Shown: positions 15,994-25,547 of the stretch, piece after piece | Position numbering within the stretch: the stretch's first letter is position 1 | Layout: each line of letters begins with the position of its first letter | NCBI GenBank assembly: GCA_947085365.1 | Contig: CAMTWD010000070.1 | Coordinates: 1 to 55,293 of the forward strand | Direction of reading: 5' to 3' | DNA length: 55,293 bases | Source of the DNA: an uncultured Nitrospirota bacterium | GTDB taxonomy: Bacteria; Nitrospirota; Thermodesulfovibrionia; Thermodesulfovibrionales; CALJEL01 | The notes under the pieces: generated by a model | What the model was told of the DNA's origin: nothing | Seen by the model: the letters and a program-made list of their open reading frames with translations, nothing else | Database searches by the model: none | Made by a program: the position numbers and the translations under genes

Positions 15994-16430
15994 CCCTTAA
16001 AGCCTCCTCTTTCAAGGGTGACAAGAAGATTTCTGATATCCTCAAACCCGAAGGGTTTAATTATAGTCTTTATGCCCCTTTCTCTTATCAGCCTCTCGGT
16101 CTTGCTGTCAAATATTATTCCAGTAAGCAATACAAATCTATCTCTTAAATCAGGCATCATGGTTATGAGCCTGTCAAAGAATTCAATACCATCAATACCA
16201 GGCATATTCAGATCGCAGAAGACCGCAAAGTAAGGAGGGCCATAAACTCTCTGAAGTGCCAATTCTGCTGATGGAAGGGACTCCACAGAATAACCGAGCT
16301 CTAAAAGGAGAAGGCTTAGAACATCTGAAATATAGTCCTCATCATCAATAACGAGAATCCTCTTCATTGTCTGACCTGCTGTCACTTCGTTGTAAATTAT
16401 ACCATCAAAAGGGCCGTCATACATCTTCAT
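15990..16430 (-). CDS. CheY-like response regulator receiver protein
   Basis: KRILVIDDEDY...FCDLNMPGIDGIEF...IIKPF receiver motifs. Confidence 0.85.
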   Translation of the reverse strand: MKMYDGPFDGIIYNEVTAGQTMKRILVIDDEDYISDVLSLLLLELGYSVESLPSAELALQRVYGPPYFAVFCDLNMPGIDGIEFFDRLITMMPDLRDRFVLLTGIIFDSKTERLIRERGIKTIIKPFGFEDIRNLLVTLERGGFKG

Positions 16431-17247
16431 CCTCCATCAATGCCCTTAATCTCGTAATTGCCTGGCTGTGGATCTGGGATACCCTGCCCTCTGTAAGGCC
16501 GAGAACCTTTGCGATCTCCTTCATGGTGAGTTCATCCCAGTAATAAAGGGAGATAACGAGCCTTTCCCTCTCGGGAAGCCTCTCTATAATCGAGGCAATC
16601 CTCTCTTTCAGCCTCTTTTCTTCATAGAGCAGATCGGGTGTCTTGAAGTTCCTGTCTGGTATGGAATCCTGAAGGGAGAGTTCATCATCATACCTTGAAT
16701 CCGAAAAGTCCTCAAACCTCATTGTAATGGAGGAGGAGAGTTCACTAAGTAATTTGAAATACTCATCAAGAGAGATATTCAGTGCCTCTGCAAGCTCCTC
16801 TGCCTCTGGCATCCTGCCGAGCTTTGCCTTGAGATCTCTATGAGCTCCCCTCAAGGCCGTAAGTTTATTTCTCAATGACCTTGAGAAGGTCATGTTTGAC
16901 CTTATCTCATCGATCATGGCCCCTTTTATCCTCTGCTTCACAAAGGACTCAAGTTTACCGAGCTCCTCTTTATATCTCTCAAGGGACTCAAGCAGTCCGG
17001 TAATTCCTGCACTTATCAGATCATCTATAGTAAGCTGTGGTGGAAGCCTCCAGCTCAATCTCAAGGCAGTGTATTTAATATAGGGGAGGAAGGATCTGAT
17101 TACCTCCTCCACTGTTACCTCGCCACCTCCTGTTGGGGGTACACAGGGGGAAACTTTGTTTCCCCCTGTGAGACCCCCAGCTGTTACTTCGCCACCAGCT
17201 GTGACATCCTCTTTAACAGGATTATCCACAGCTATCCTCCACCCCAT
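16417..17247 (-). CDS. fliA: Flagellar sigma factor FliA (sigma28)
   Basis: Region 2 DDLISAGITGLLESLERYK and region 4 LTMKEIAKVLGLTEGRVSQIHSQA. The first 45 codons consist of repeat and hairpin modules. An alternative GTG start lies at 17112, with GAGG supplied by the repeat. Confidence 0.85.
   Translation of the reverse strand: MGWRIAVDNPVKEDVTAGGEVTAGGLTGGNKVSPCVPPTGGGEVTVEEVIRSFLPYIKYTALRLSWRLPPQLTIDDLISAGITGLLESLERYKEELGKLESFVKQRIKGAMIDEIRSNMTFSRSLRNKLTALRGAHRDLKAKLGRMPEAEELAEALNISLDEYFKLLSELSSSITMRFEDFSDSRYDDELSLQDSIPDRNFKTPDLLYEEKRLKERIASIIERLPERERLVISLYYWDELTMKEIAKVLGLTEGRVSQIHSQAITRLRALMEDEDV
17112..17195 (-). repeat. Composite repeat: core variant, 13-bp-stem GC hairpin, GAGACCCCCA, core copy
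   Basis: ctgttacctcgccac at 17112-17126. Hairpin cacagggggaaac-ttt-gtttccccctgtg at 17142-17170. ctgttacttcgccac at 17181-17195. Confidence 0.85.
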
Positions 17248-17262
17248 ATAAGATTATCCTCA

Positions 17263-17277
17263 CTGTTACCTCACTAC
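17263..17277 (-). repeat. Degenerate repeat copy at the flhG stop
   Basis: Plus strand ctgttacctcactac. Confidence 0.5.
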
Positions 17278-18114
17278 CTTCTGATTAGGGAGTTCCCTTC
17301 CAAGAGAATGGGAAAAGAGGCTTCTGATGAAAAACTGCAACCCGCCTTTGATTCGCCTTTCTCCATCGAGGAGTCTCTCTGCTATCTCTATCATTGCCTT
17401 AGAGGCAGGGGAATTGGGATAGAGGTCCACAACAGAACGCTGAGCCATAACAGCCTGCCTCACACTCTCATCCATCGGAATAAAACCTGTGTAATCAAGG
17501 GATATATTTAAAAATCTCTCTGCTGTTATAGAGAGCCTCCTGAAGATATCAAAGGCCTCGTCAGCATCCTTTGCTGAATTCACAACTATATGGAAATCCT
17601 TCTCCTGATATCTTGTAAAAAGGACCTTTATAATGGCATAGGCATCTGTGATGGCAGTAGGTTCAGGAGAGGTTATAACCACTATATCCTCTGCCGCAGT
17701 ACAGAAGAAGCCCACATTCTCGGATATCCCGGCTGGGGTATCTATGAGCAGGACATCTATGTCAGGTCTGAGGGAGTCAAAGCCCTCTATTATCCTTAAT
17801 CTCTGGAATTCATCAAGATTTGTCAGTTCCTGGATACCCGAACTGGCAGGAAGGATCTTTATGCCAAGGGGGCCCTCAATAATAATCTCCTCAAGCTCCT
17901 TCTCTCCGTTGAGGAAATGCTGGATTGTGTAACGGGGAGCAAGATGGAGAAGGACATCTATATTGCTGAGACCGAGGTCGGCATCGAATATCATCACCTT
18001 CCTACCGAGCCTCCTCATTGCAACAGCGAGGCCTGCGACGAGATTTGTCTTTCCAACTCCTCCCTTACCACTCGTTATGGCTATCGTCCTTATAGGTCTT
18101 TCAGGCATTAGCAC
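17266..18114 (-). CDS. flhG: FlhG (MinD/ParA-type flagellar number regulator)
   Basis: IAITSGKGGVGKTN deviant Walker A. It follows flhF. Confidence 0.85.
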   Translation of the reverse strand: MLMPERPIRTIAITSGKGGVGKTNLVAGLAVAMRRLGRKVMIFDADLGLSNIDVLLHLAPRYTIQHFLNGEKELEEIIIEGPLGIKILPASSGIQELTNLDEFQRLRIIEGFDSLRPDIDVLLIDTPAGISENVGFFCTAAEDIVVITSPEPTAITDAYAIIKVLFTRYQEKDFHIVVNSAKDADEAFDIFRRLSITAERFLNISLDYTGFIPMDESVRQAVMAQRSVVDLYPNSPASKAMIEIAERLLDGERRIKGGLQFFIRSLFSHSLGRELPNQKVVR

Positions 18115-19259
18115 CTCCTGGTTAAGAGAAATTCTTTTGCCTCGCCACCTTTATCTGAAAGACCATCAAAGGATGAGAGGGGATAACCCTTGCTCAGGAT
18201 CAGGTTTGCCAGCTCTTCAGGAGAAGGAAATTTTATATCGTCAGGGACTATCTGCCCTGTAGTAATATACGAGATGGGTCTATTGTATATGAGGGAAAAA
18301 TTATATAACTGACCGAATCGAACAGCCTCATCGATCTTTGTAAAGGCGATACAACTGTAAGGGATCTCCTTATAGATTGAAGATGCCTCGATCATAGAGC
18401 AGTCGTCGGAATTGGCACTTATGAGAAGATGAATCTCCAAGGCAAAACCTCCTGCTGGTTTGCGGAGAAGATCGGAGCAGAGGCTTGAAAGGTTTTTTAC
18501 GAATTCCCTGTCGTAGGGACTCCTGCCGGTGGTGTCTATGAAGATGGTGTCCCTTGAGGAGGAAAATCTCTCAAGACCTTCCCTGAGCCCTGCCTCGGTA
18601 GAGACCACTACAAGGGGGATACCCATAATCTTTGCATAAATCCTGATCTGCTCTATCGCACCTATCCTGTAGGTATCAAGAGAGAGGAGCCCCACCCTTC
18701 TACCCTGCCTCTGAGCAACCCAGGCAAGTTTTGCAATTGTGGTGGTCTTCCCCACCCCTGTGGGCCCTATAAGCATTATGGCCTTTTTATTAAAAGAGGG
18801 TCTCCTGACATTCAGCTCTGAGGCAATGACCATGGGAAGCCCATCAATGGATTCTGCCTTTTCGCAAAGCCTGAGGCCAAATTCCTCTCTAATTGCCCTA
18901 TCCCGGAGATAAAGGAGTATCTCTCTCTTCTTCTGAGGAAGGTTCAACTCATAGCCATAGGCCCTCAATTCTTGGATTGTACCCTTCAGCTCTGAAATCT
19001 CCTGAAGAAGAGACTTCATATCCACCAGATCGTCACCTTTAATCGACCCTTCAACACCTTTCTTTACCGAGACCTGTGATGAGATGGTATGCTCAGGAAG
19101 GGTCTCGTCAAAGTCCACTGCAGCAATTACCTCTACTGATTTCAGAAGACCCCTCCTCTTCTCTTCTGTGGAAAGGATCACTGCATCCCCACCAAGCTCT
19201 TTCTTTACCATCTCAAGGGCCTCAGAAAATCTCCTGGCACTAAATCTCTTAATCTTCAT
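18108..19259 (-). CDS. flhF: FlhF SRP-type GTPase
   Basis: MKIKRFSARRFSEALEMVKKELGGDAVILS N-terminus and IMLIGPTGVGKTTTIAKLA G1 motif. Confidence 0.9.
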   Translation of the reverse strand: MKIKRFSARRFSEALEMVKKELGGDAVILSTEEKRRGLLKSVEVIAAVDFDETLPEHTISSQVSVKKGVEGSIKGDDLVDMKSLLQEISELKGTIQELRAYGYELNLPQKKREILLYLRDRAIREEFGLRLCEKAESIDGLPMVIASELNVRRPSFNKKAIMLIGPTGVGKTTTIAKLAWVAQRQGRRVGLLSLDTYRIGAIEQIRIYAKIMGIPLVVVSTEAGLREGLERFSSSRDTIFIDTTGRSPYDREFVKNLSSLCSDLLRKPAGGFALEIHLLISANSDDCSMIEASSIYKEIPYSCIAFTKIDEAVRFGQLYNFSLIYNRPISYITTGQIVPDDIKFPSPEELANLILSKGYPLSSFDGLSDKGGEAKEFLLTRRC

Positions 19260-21267
19260 ATCTCACCACCCCCACTGTGTATATCTTTACAGAAGGCAAT
19301 ATCTCTGATGTAGAGAGAACCACGAGTGATGGCATAATCCTCTCTATAAGCTTTCTCAGGAATCTCCTCACAATTGGTGATGTTATTATCACAGGCTGTA
19401 TCCCCTTCAGTCTCTCACCAGCACCTGTGATAGCCTCTTCAAGAGACTTAAGGAGTCTTCCATAAAGCTCTGGTGAAATATGACCTCCTGACTCCAATGC
19501 CTCCTTAAGAAGGATCTCCCATTTAGGATCAAGGGTGATGGCATAGATGGAACCATCCTGAGTGGAGTATTGCTTTGTAATAAATCTTGAGAGGGCCTGC
19601 CTCACATACTCTGTAAGGATCTCTATATCCTTTGTCTGGTTGGAGTAGTCAAGTAATGTCTCGAGGATTGTGACCATGTCATTTATCGGTACCCTCTCTT
19701 TAAGAAGGGCCTGAAGGACCCTCTGCACTCCACCAAGGGTCATCTGCTGAGGAATGAGCTCATCTACAATCTTGGGATAGTTCTTTGATACATTATTCAG
19801 GATATTCTGGACCTCCTGTCTCGTGAGAAGCTCCCAGGCATGGGACTTTATGAGCTCTGTTATGTGGGTCACAATAACCGTGGGGACATCCACAACCATA
19901 TAACCCTTGAGCCTTGCATTCTCCACCTCAGCCTCTTCTATCCAGTATGCTGGGATACCAAAAGCTGGCTCCTTTGTGGGTATTCCCCTTATGGGCCCTT
20001 CCTTTCCAGGAGATATAGCTAAGTAATGACCCATTATCACCTCAGCCCTTCCCACCTCGATGCCCCTTATATAGAAGGAATATTCATGGGGCCTGAGCTG
20101 AAGATTGTCCTTTATATGGATTGAGGGGATCACAAAACCAAGTTCTTGGGCAAGCTGTCTTCTCATAGCCTTTATCTTTCCAAGGAGTAGAGCTTCTCCC
20201 TCCACAAGACCTATGAGACCATATCCGATCTCAAGTGTCATGGGTTCTATCTCGATAAAGGACTCAACAGGTGGCTCTTTTGGAGGAGTCTCAGGCTGAA
20301 CCTCCTTAACAGGTCTTCCTATTACATAGGCAAGACCAGCCAAGGCAAGGGAAAGGGTAAAGAAGGGCAGATTGGGAAGGCCAGGAATGATACCGAGGAA
20401 AAAGAGGAGGGCTGAAGCTGTCCAGAGTGACCTGGAACTCATGAGTAACTGAGAGACCATATTCCTTCCAAGATCAGTCTCAGTGCCCGCCCTGCTTATA
20501 ACTATGCCAGCAGCCGTGGAGACAAGGAGTGCCGGTATCTGGGCCACGAGTCCATCACCAATTGTGAGGATCGTGTATGTCCTGAGGGCCTCACTGATAG
20601 GAAGCCCCTGCTGAAGGACCCCGATTATCAGTCCCCCTATAATATTTATCCCTGTGATGATCAGACCTGCTATGGCATCCCCCCTTACGAATTTGCTTGC
20701 GCCATCCATCGCTCCATAGAAGTCTGCCTCTTGGGCTATAAGTGCCCTCCTTCTCCTTGCCTCTTCATCATCTATAATCCCAGCGTTCAGGTCTGCATCT
20801 ATTGCCATCTGTTTTCCGGGCATGGCATCAAGGGTGAATCGTGCTGCCACCTCAGCAATCCTTCCGGCACCCTTTGTAATAACCACAAAATTGATTATCA
20901 CAAGGATCAGAAAGACTATGAATCCCACGGCATAATTGCCTGCCACGAGAAAATTTCCGAAGGACTCTATAACCTCACCTGCAGCCTGTGGGCCCTCATG
21001 TCCCTTAAGAAGTATGAGCCTGGTAGATGCTATATTCAGTGCCAGTCTGTAGAGAGTCGCAACGAGAAGGATCGTGGGGAAGGCAGAAAGATCAAGAGGC
21101 TTTTTTATAAAGATACTTGAAATAAGTATCACAATGGAAAGTGAGATAGATAGGCTCAACAGGAGGTCAAGGACTATCGGGGGTATGGGAAGGATCATCA
21201 CCCCTATTATCCCTGTAATACCAGTAGCAACCACAACATCAGCCCTCTTCTGCAACCATCCTTTCAT
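19249..21267 (-). CDS. flhA: Flagellar export gate protein FlhA
   Basis: 672 aa with an N-terminal TM domain and the FHIPEP-type region FLILVIINFVVITKGAGRIAEVAARFTLDAMPGKQMAIDADL. Confidence 0.95.
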   Translation of the reverse strand: MKGWLQKRADVVVATGITGIIGVMILPIPPIVLDLLLSLSISLSIVILISSIFIKKPLDLSAFPTILLVATLYRLALNIASTRLILLKGHEGPQAAGEVIESFGNFLVAGNYAVGFIVFLILVIINFVVITKGAGRIAEVAARFTLDAMPGKQMAIDADLNAGIIDDEEARRRRALIAQEADFYGAMDGASKFVRGDAIAGLIITGINIIGGLIIGVLQQGLPISEALRTYTILTIGDGLVAQIPALLVSTAAGIVISRAGTETDLGRNMVSQLLMSSRSLWTASALLFFLGIIPGLPNLPFFTLSLALAGLAYVIGRPVKEVQPETPPKEPPVESFIEIEPMTLEIGYGLIGLVEGEALLLGKIKAMRRQLAQELGFVIPSIHIKDNLQLRPHEYSFYIRGIEVGRAEVIMGHYLAISPGKEGPIRGIPTKEPAFGIPAYWIEEAEVENARLKGYMVVDVPTVIVTHITELIKSHAWELLTRQEVQNILNNVSKNYPKIVDELIPQQMTLGGVQRVLQALLKERVPINDMVTILETLLDYSNQTKDIEILTEYVRQALSRFITKQYSTQDGSIYAITLDPKWEILLKEALESGGHISPELYGRLLKSLEEAITGAGERLKGIQPVIITSPIVRRFLRKLIERIMPSLVVLSTSEILPSVKIYTVGVVRYED

Positions 21268-22298
21268 GCCACACCCCTTAATCTGTATATGTAGGCAATT
21301 ATCCTTGCTACAGCCCTGTAGAGTTCTTCAGGGATATAGGAATCAATCTTCAATCTAAAAAGTGCCCTTGCAAGGGCCTTGTCCTCGTAAATAGGGACTC
21401 TGTGAGCCCTTGCTATCTCCTTTATTCTCTCAGCAATAATACCTGCACCCTTTGCCACAACCTTAGGGGCCGGTGTCTCACCCCTTTTATAAAGGAGGGC
21501 AACAGCAATATGAATCGGATTTGTTATTACGACTGTTGCCTTTGGAACCTCTGAAAGCATCCTCCTCCTGGCAAACTCCCTCTGAAGACTCCTTATCCTC
21601 GCCCTGATAAGAGGATCACCCTCCGTCTCCCTGAATTCCTCCTTTAACTCCTGTCTGCTCATCCTTAAGGACCTCTCAAAACGAAATCTTTCGTAGAGGT
21701 AATCAATGGAACCTAACAGGAAGAATATCAGGAATATCGTAATCGTTGAGTGCTTTAGAATCTGAAGACCTCTCTCCTTTATATCTCCGAAATCCATTGC
21801 TGGCATCTCAGAAAGGGGGATAAGGAACTTCTTAACAATGATATAAAGAACAAGGGCACTGAGGAGGAATTTCAATAAATCCTTTAGGGCCTCATAGAGG
21901 ACCCTTATAGAGAAAAGCCTCTTCAGACCTGAAAGGGGATTCAGTCTCTCCAGATTCACTTCAAGTGGCTTAAATACAGCCCCGCCCTGAAGAAATCCCG
22001 AAAGCAATGCCATCAGAAGCCCTGCAATGAGATAAGGCATAAGGAGCATCAAACTCTCCACCATAGCCCTTCTTATCACCTCTATGGGTTCGATCTCGAT
22101 CTTGAATCTCAGGAGTGCCTCCGTCTGAGCGGATACCTCCCTAAGGAGCCTTTCTCCTCCCACTACAAGGGCTATCAATATCCCTCCTGAGGCAGAAACA
22201 GAGATGAGTTCCCTGCTACGGGCAACCTCACCCTTTTCTCTCGCCCTCTCTCTCTTTCGCGGCGTCGCCTGTTCTGTCTTCTCTTCAAATTCAGCCAT
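21264..22298 (-). CDS. flhB: Flagellar export switch protein FlhB
   Basis: EEKTEQATPRKRERAREKGEVARSRE N-terminus and an NPIH autocleavage-type site (VITNPIHIAVAL). Confidence 0.95.
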   Translation of the reverse strand: MAEFEEKTEQATPRKRERAREKGEVARSRELISVSASGGILIALVVGGERLLREVSAQTEALLRFKIEIEPIEVIRRAMVESLMLLMPYLIAGLLMALLSGFLQGGAVFKPLEVNLERLNPLSGLKRLFSIRVLYEALKDLLKFLLSALVLYIIVKKFLIPLSEMPAMDFGDIKERGLQILKHSTITIFLIFFLLGSIDYLYERFRFERSLRMSRQELKEEFRETEGDPLIRARIRSLQREFARRRMLSEVPKATVVITNPIHIAVALLYKRGETPAPKVVAKGAGIIAERIKEIARAHRVPIYEDKALARALFRLKIDSYIPEELYRAVARIIAYIYRLRGVA

Positions 22299-22299
22299 C

Positions 22300-23061
22300 C
22301 TATCTCCTCATGAGATAAAGAAACCTCATCAATTCTTCCTTCATCCCCTCAAAGGATGAGGTGAAGAAGTAGATATAAGCAGGAAGGGAAATCATTATCA
22401 TCAAGAAACCGAGACCTATATAAACGGGATAGGCTACGAAGAATACATTCATCTGTGGAACAGACCTTGAGAGAAAGCCCATTATAATATTCGTAACCAT
22501 CATCACGATCACAACACCTGCTGAGAGCTTAATGCTTAATCTCAGGAGGCGATTACCCATATCTATCATCTCCTCTGGCACTGCCTTAAAGGAAAGGGTC
22601 CCTGGTGGGATTATCTCGAAACTCCTGGCAAATATATAGATGATCTCCCTGTAAACACCTGTAACAAAGAATACAAAGAAGGAGAGTATCCAGAAGAACC
22701 TCGATATCTCTGTGGAATAGCCTGCCTCAGGATCAAAGACTGTTGCCATAGAAAGCCCCATAGTGTTACTTATGATCTGCCCTGACATCTCAGCCACAAT
22801 AAAGACGGTCCTGACAACCATTCCAATAACAATCCCGGCAATCAACTCTGAAAGGATGAGCCCAGAAAGATAGGCCTCACTTAGTGGCGAGGTTTTAATA
22901 TCGACAACAGGTGTAAGAAGAAATGAAAAGGCAATGATAAAACCGATCTTGAATAAAGGCGGAATATTCTTACTCCCTGTTACGGGCAGAAGGACCATCA
23001 CAATGCTGGTTCTCAAAAGTATGATTAAAAACTTTACAATCTCCTTAGCCCCAATCTCCAT
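22300..23061 (-). CDS. fliR: Flagellar export protein FliR
   Basis: 253-aa polytopic membrane protein in the fliPQR position. Confidence 0.9.
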   Translation of the reverse strand: MEIGAKEIVKFLIILLRTSIVMVLLPVTGSKNIPPLFKIGFIIAFSFLLTPVVDIKTSPLSEAYLSGLILSELIAGIVIGMVVRTVFIVAEMSGQIISNTMGLSMATVFDPEAGYSTEISRFFWILSFFVFFVTGVYREIIYIFARSFEIIPPGTLSFKAVPEEMIDMGNRLLRLSIKLSAGVVIVMMVTNIIMGFLSRSVPQMNVFFVAYPVYIGLGFLMIMISLPAYIYFFTSSFEGMKEELMRFLYLMRR

Positions 23062-23076
23062 CTATCTCACCATCCT

Positions 23077-23352
23077 TCAGTGGCGAAGTAATAGTCCTGG
23101 AATCTTCTCCATAATCCATATCGTAAAGGCCATAAGCTCCCTCGCGATCCATGGCAACATAAAGAAGAGGCATAGAAAGACAGCTATTATCTTTGGTACA
23201 AAGACAAGGGTGAATTCCTGTATCTGTGTGACAGCCTGAAAGAGGCTCACAATAAGTCCAACGAGGAGGCTCACCAAAAGCACAGGCCCTGCCACAAAGA
23301 GTAGGGCTTTTAGAGACTCACCCGCTATATCCCTCAGTATATCTATCGTCAT
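23077..23352 (-). CDS. fliQ: Flagellar export protein FliQ
   Basis: The Met at 23352 (MTIDILRD) overlaps the fliP stop. QAVTQIQEFTLVFVPKIIAVF motif. The last codons (GLLLRH-stop) are encoded by a repeat copy. Confidence 0.9.
   Translation of the reverse strand: MTIDILRDIAGESLKALLFVAGPVLLVSLLVGLIVSLFQAVTQIQEFTLVFVPKIIAVFLCLFFMLPWIARELMAFTIWIMEKIPGLLLRH
23080..23094 (+). repeat. Dispersed repeat copy forming the 3' end of fliQ
   Basis: Plus strand gtggcgaagtaatag. Confidence 0.8.
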
Positions 23353-23981
23353 TGAAAACTCCTTACCAGTGAACCTACCAGGAGATTCCATCCATCCACC
23401 ATCACGAATAGCAGTAGTTTAAACGGTAAGGATATGAGAACAGGTGGCAACATCATCATACCCATGGAGAGGAGTATGCTCGAGACGATCATATCTATCA
23501 CAAGGAATGGAAGATATATGAGAAACCCTATCTGAAAGGCGGTACTGAGTTCACTGATCACAAAGGCTGGCACAACAACCCTTAGAGGAAGCTCTTCGGG
23601 TCTTGAGGGAATAGAGACCTTGGAGAGTTTTACGAAGAGGGCAAGGTCCTTCTCTCTGGTCTGCCTGAGCATAAAACCCTTGAGGATTGGCTCTGCCCTT
23701 TTAAAGGCCTCATCTATTGATATCTCCTTCTTTATGTATGGTCTAACTGCCTCTTTCATCACACTGTCCATCGTTGGACCCATTATGTAAAGGGTTAAGA
23801 AGAGGGAGAGGCCTATAATCACAGAATTGGGAGGGATGTTGGGACTTCCAAGACCCTGCCTCAGGATGCTCAATACCACGACTACCCTTGTGAAGGATGT
23901 AAACATCACGAGGATAGAGGGTAGAAGGGATAAGAATCCGATAAGGATGAGTACCTCTATGGCAGGCTCAGTTATCTTCAT
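23349..23981 (-). CDS. fliP: Flagellar export protein FliP
   Basis: FTRVVVVLSILRQGLG...PPNSVIIGLSLFLT...FKLLLFVMVDGW motifs. Confidence 0.95.
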   Translation of the reverse strand: MKITEPAIEVLILIGFLSLLPSILVMFTSFTRVVVVLSILRQGLGSPNIPPNSVIIGLSLFLTLYIMGPTMDSVMKEAVRPYIKKEISIDEAFKRAEPILKGFMLRQTREKDLALFVKLSKVSIPSRPEELPLRVVVPAFVISELSTAFQIGFLIYLPFLVIDMIVSSILLSMGMMMLPPVLISLPFKLLLFVMVDGWNLLVGSLVRSFQ

Positions 23982-24282
23982 TTACCCTCTTCTTCATCTC
24001 CCTTATTAATCTCAATCTACTTTCGGTATCAGAGGTTATCCTATCAGGCACCCTCTTGAGAACCTTCATCTCTGATGGTGTAATCCCTATGTAGAGGAGT
24101 TCATCCCCTATCTTCATGACAGCTATAGCCACACCCCTCCTCTGATCAATCACCCTGTAGGCCAATATATTTATGAGCCCCATCTCCCCAGCCCTTCTCC
24201 TCTGGAGAAATCCATAAAATACAAGGAGGAGGCCAAGGATAACAGAGAAGGCAAGGATTATCTCTATATATGGTGCATTCAT
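23968..24282 (-). CDS. fliO: FliO/FliZ
   Basis: 104 aa with a single N-terminal TM segment, positioned between fliN and fliP. Confidence 0.6.
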   Translation of the reverse strand: MNAPYIEIILAFSVILGLLLVFYGFLQRRRAGEMGLINILAYRVIDQRRGVAIAVMKIGDELLYIGITPSEMKVLKRVPDRITSDTESRLRLIREMKKRVNEDN

Positions 24283-24575
24283 CTTAACTGCCTTATCCTC
24301 TCCTGTGGGCTTATCACCTCGGTGAGTCTGATCCCGAACCTCTCATTAATCACTACAACCTCACCTCTTGCCACGAGCCTGTTATTTACGAGTATCTCTA
24401 AGGGCTCTCCAGCAGGTTTATCAAGTTCCAGTATAGAACCCTGACCGAGCTGGAGGAGGTCCCTTATTGCCATCCTTACCCTTCCGAGTTCCACCGAGAC
24501 CTCCACTGGAATATCAAGAAGAAAGTCAAGGTCCCTCTGCATACCCTTTGTCTCTGACGATGTCTTTTCCGTCAT
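24279..24575 (-). CDS. fliN: C-ring protein FliN
   Basis: DIPVEVSVELGRVRMAIRDLLQLGQGSILELDKPAGEPLEILVNNRLVARGEVVV (SpoA domain). Confidence 0.85.
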   Translation of the reverse strand: MTEKTSSETKGMQRDLDFLLDIPVEVSVELGRVRMAIRDLLQLGQGSILELDKPAGEPLEILVNNRLVARGEVVVINERFGIRLTEVISPQERIRQLR

Positions 24576-24587
24576 ATCCTTATCCTC

Positions 24588-25547
24588 CTAATGTATTGCT
24601 GTAATCCTTACGGCATGACTTCCCCTGCTTGATCCCATGATGCCGCTGAACTTTTTAATCCCCTGAACCTTTACAGGTAGATCATCACCCGTGCCCCTTG
24701 AAAGGGTCAGTACATCTCCTGGCTTAAGGTGCAAGAGCTCACCAAAGGTGAGGGTGAATCGGGCAAGCTCCACAGAAACCTCCAGCTCTGCCTCAAGGAT
24801 TACCCTTTTCAATGCCTCTATCCATTCCCTGTCTTCAGCCACCATCACCTTTCGGAAAACCTGTTCTGCAAAAGGCTCAATAACTGAGAAAGGGATGATA
24901 AGAAAGGCCTTTCCAGAAAATTCATCTATATTCACCTGAAACTCTGCTTTTATAATCGCCTCAGAAGGTGTGGCAATCCCTACAGCATCTATCTCTGTCT
25001 CAAAGCCACTAAATTCAGGATTTATAACAACCAGATCCCTCCAGGCCATACTGAGATCATTCATGGCAAGAAGCACCACCCTCTTTGCCACGCGCTCCTC
25101 AGTAGAGGTAAAGGGTCTCTGCTCAGGGGCCTGCATCCTAACCTTCCGACCTCCAAAAAAGAGCTCTACAAAGGCAAATACCAGTCCTGCCTCAAGAATA
25201 AAGAGGGCACCTCCATTTAAGGGATTAAGTCTAAGGGAGCTTATGGAGGAGCCCGATGGTATCATCTTTTTGAGTTCACTGAATCTTACATACTCTAAGG
25301 GTCTGGGAATAACCTCAATGGGCTTATATAAAAGGGTTGAAAGGGAATTCCGGAAGGAGATGCTGAACTTCTGAAATATCCTTTCAAGACCAGGAGCACC
25401 TCTGAGAGGCCTCAATGCCTCCCTGAAATCGTAGGGCCTTACCTCAAAGGCCTTATTCTTTGACTCAGTGCTTATCCTTCCTGTCTGGATCCCCTTCAAA
25501 AGGGCCTCCACCTCTTCCTGAGAAAGGATCCTGCTCATATTCCTCAC
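24588..25547 (-). CDS. fliM: C-ring protein FliM
   Basis: N-terminal ILSQEEVEALL CheY-binding-type motif; 319 aa. Confidence 0.9.
   Translation of the reverse strand: MRNMSRILSQEEVEALLKGIQTGRISTESKNKAFEVRPYDFREALRPLRGAPGLERIFQKFSISFRNSLSTLLYKPIEVIPRPLEYVRFSELKKMIPSGSSISSLRLNPLNGGALFILEAGLVFAFVELFFGGRKVRMQAPEQRPFTSTEERVAKRVVLLAMNDLSMAWRDLVVINPEFSGFETEIDAVGIATPSEAIIKAEFQVNIDEFSGKAFLIIPFSVIEPFAEQVFRKVMVAEDREWIEALKRVILEAELEVSVELARFTLTFGELLHLKPGDVLTLSRGTGDDLPVKVQGIKKFSGIMGSSRGSHAVRITAIH

Noticed and set aside
23353-23391. 13-codon extension of fliQ
   Set aside because: It overlaps fliP. The Met at 23352 gives the canonical ~90-aa FliQ with an ATGA overlap to the fliP stop.
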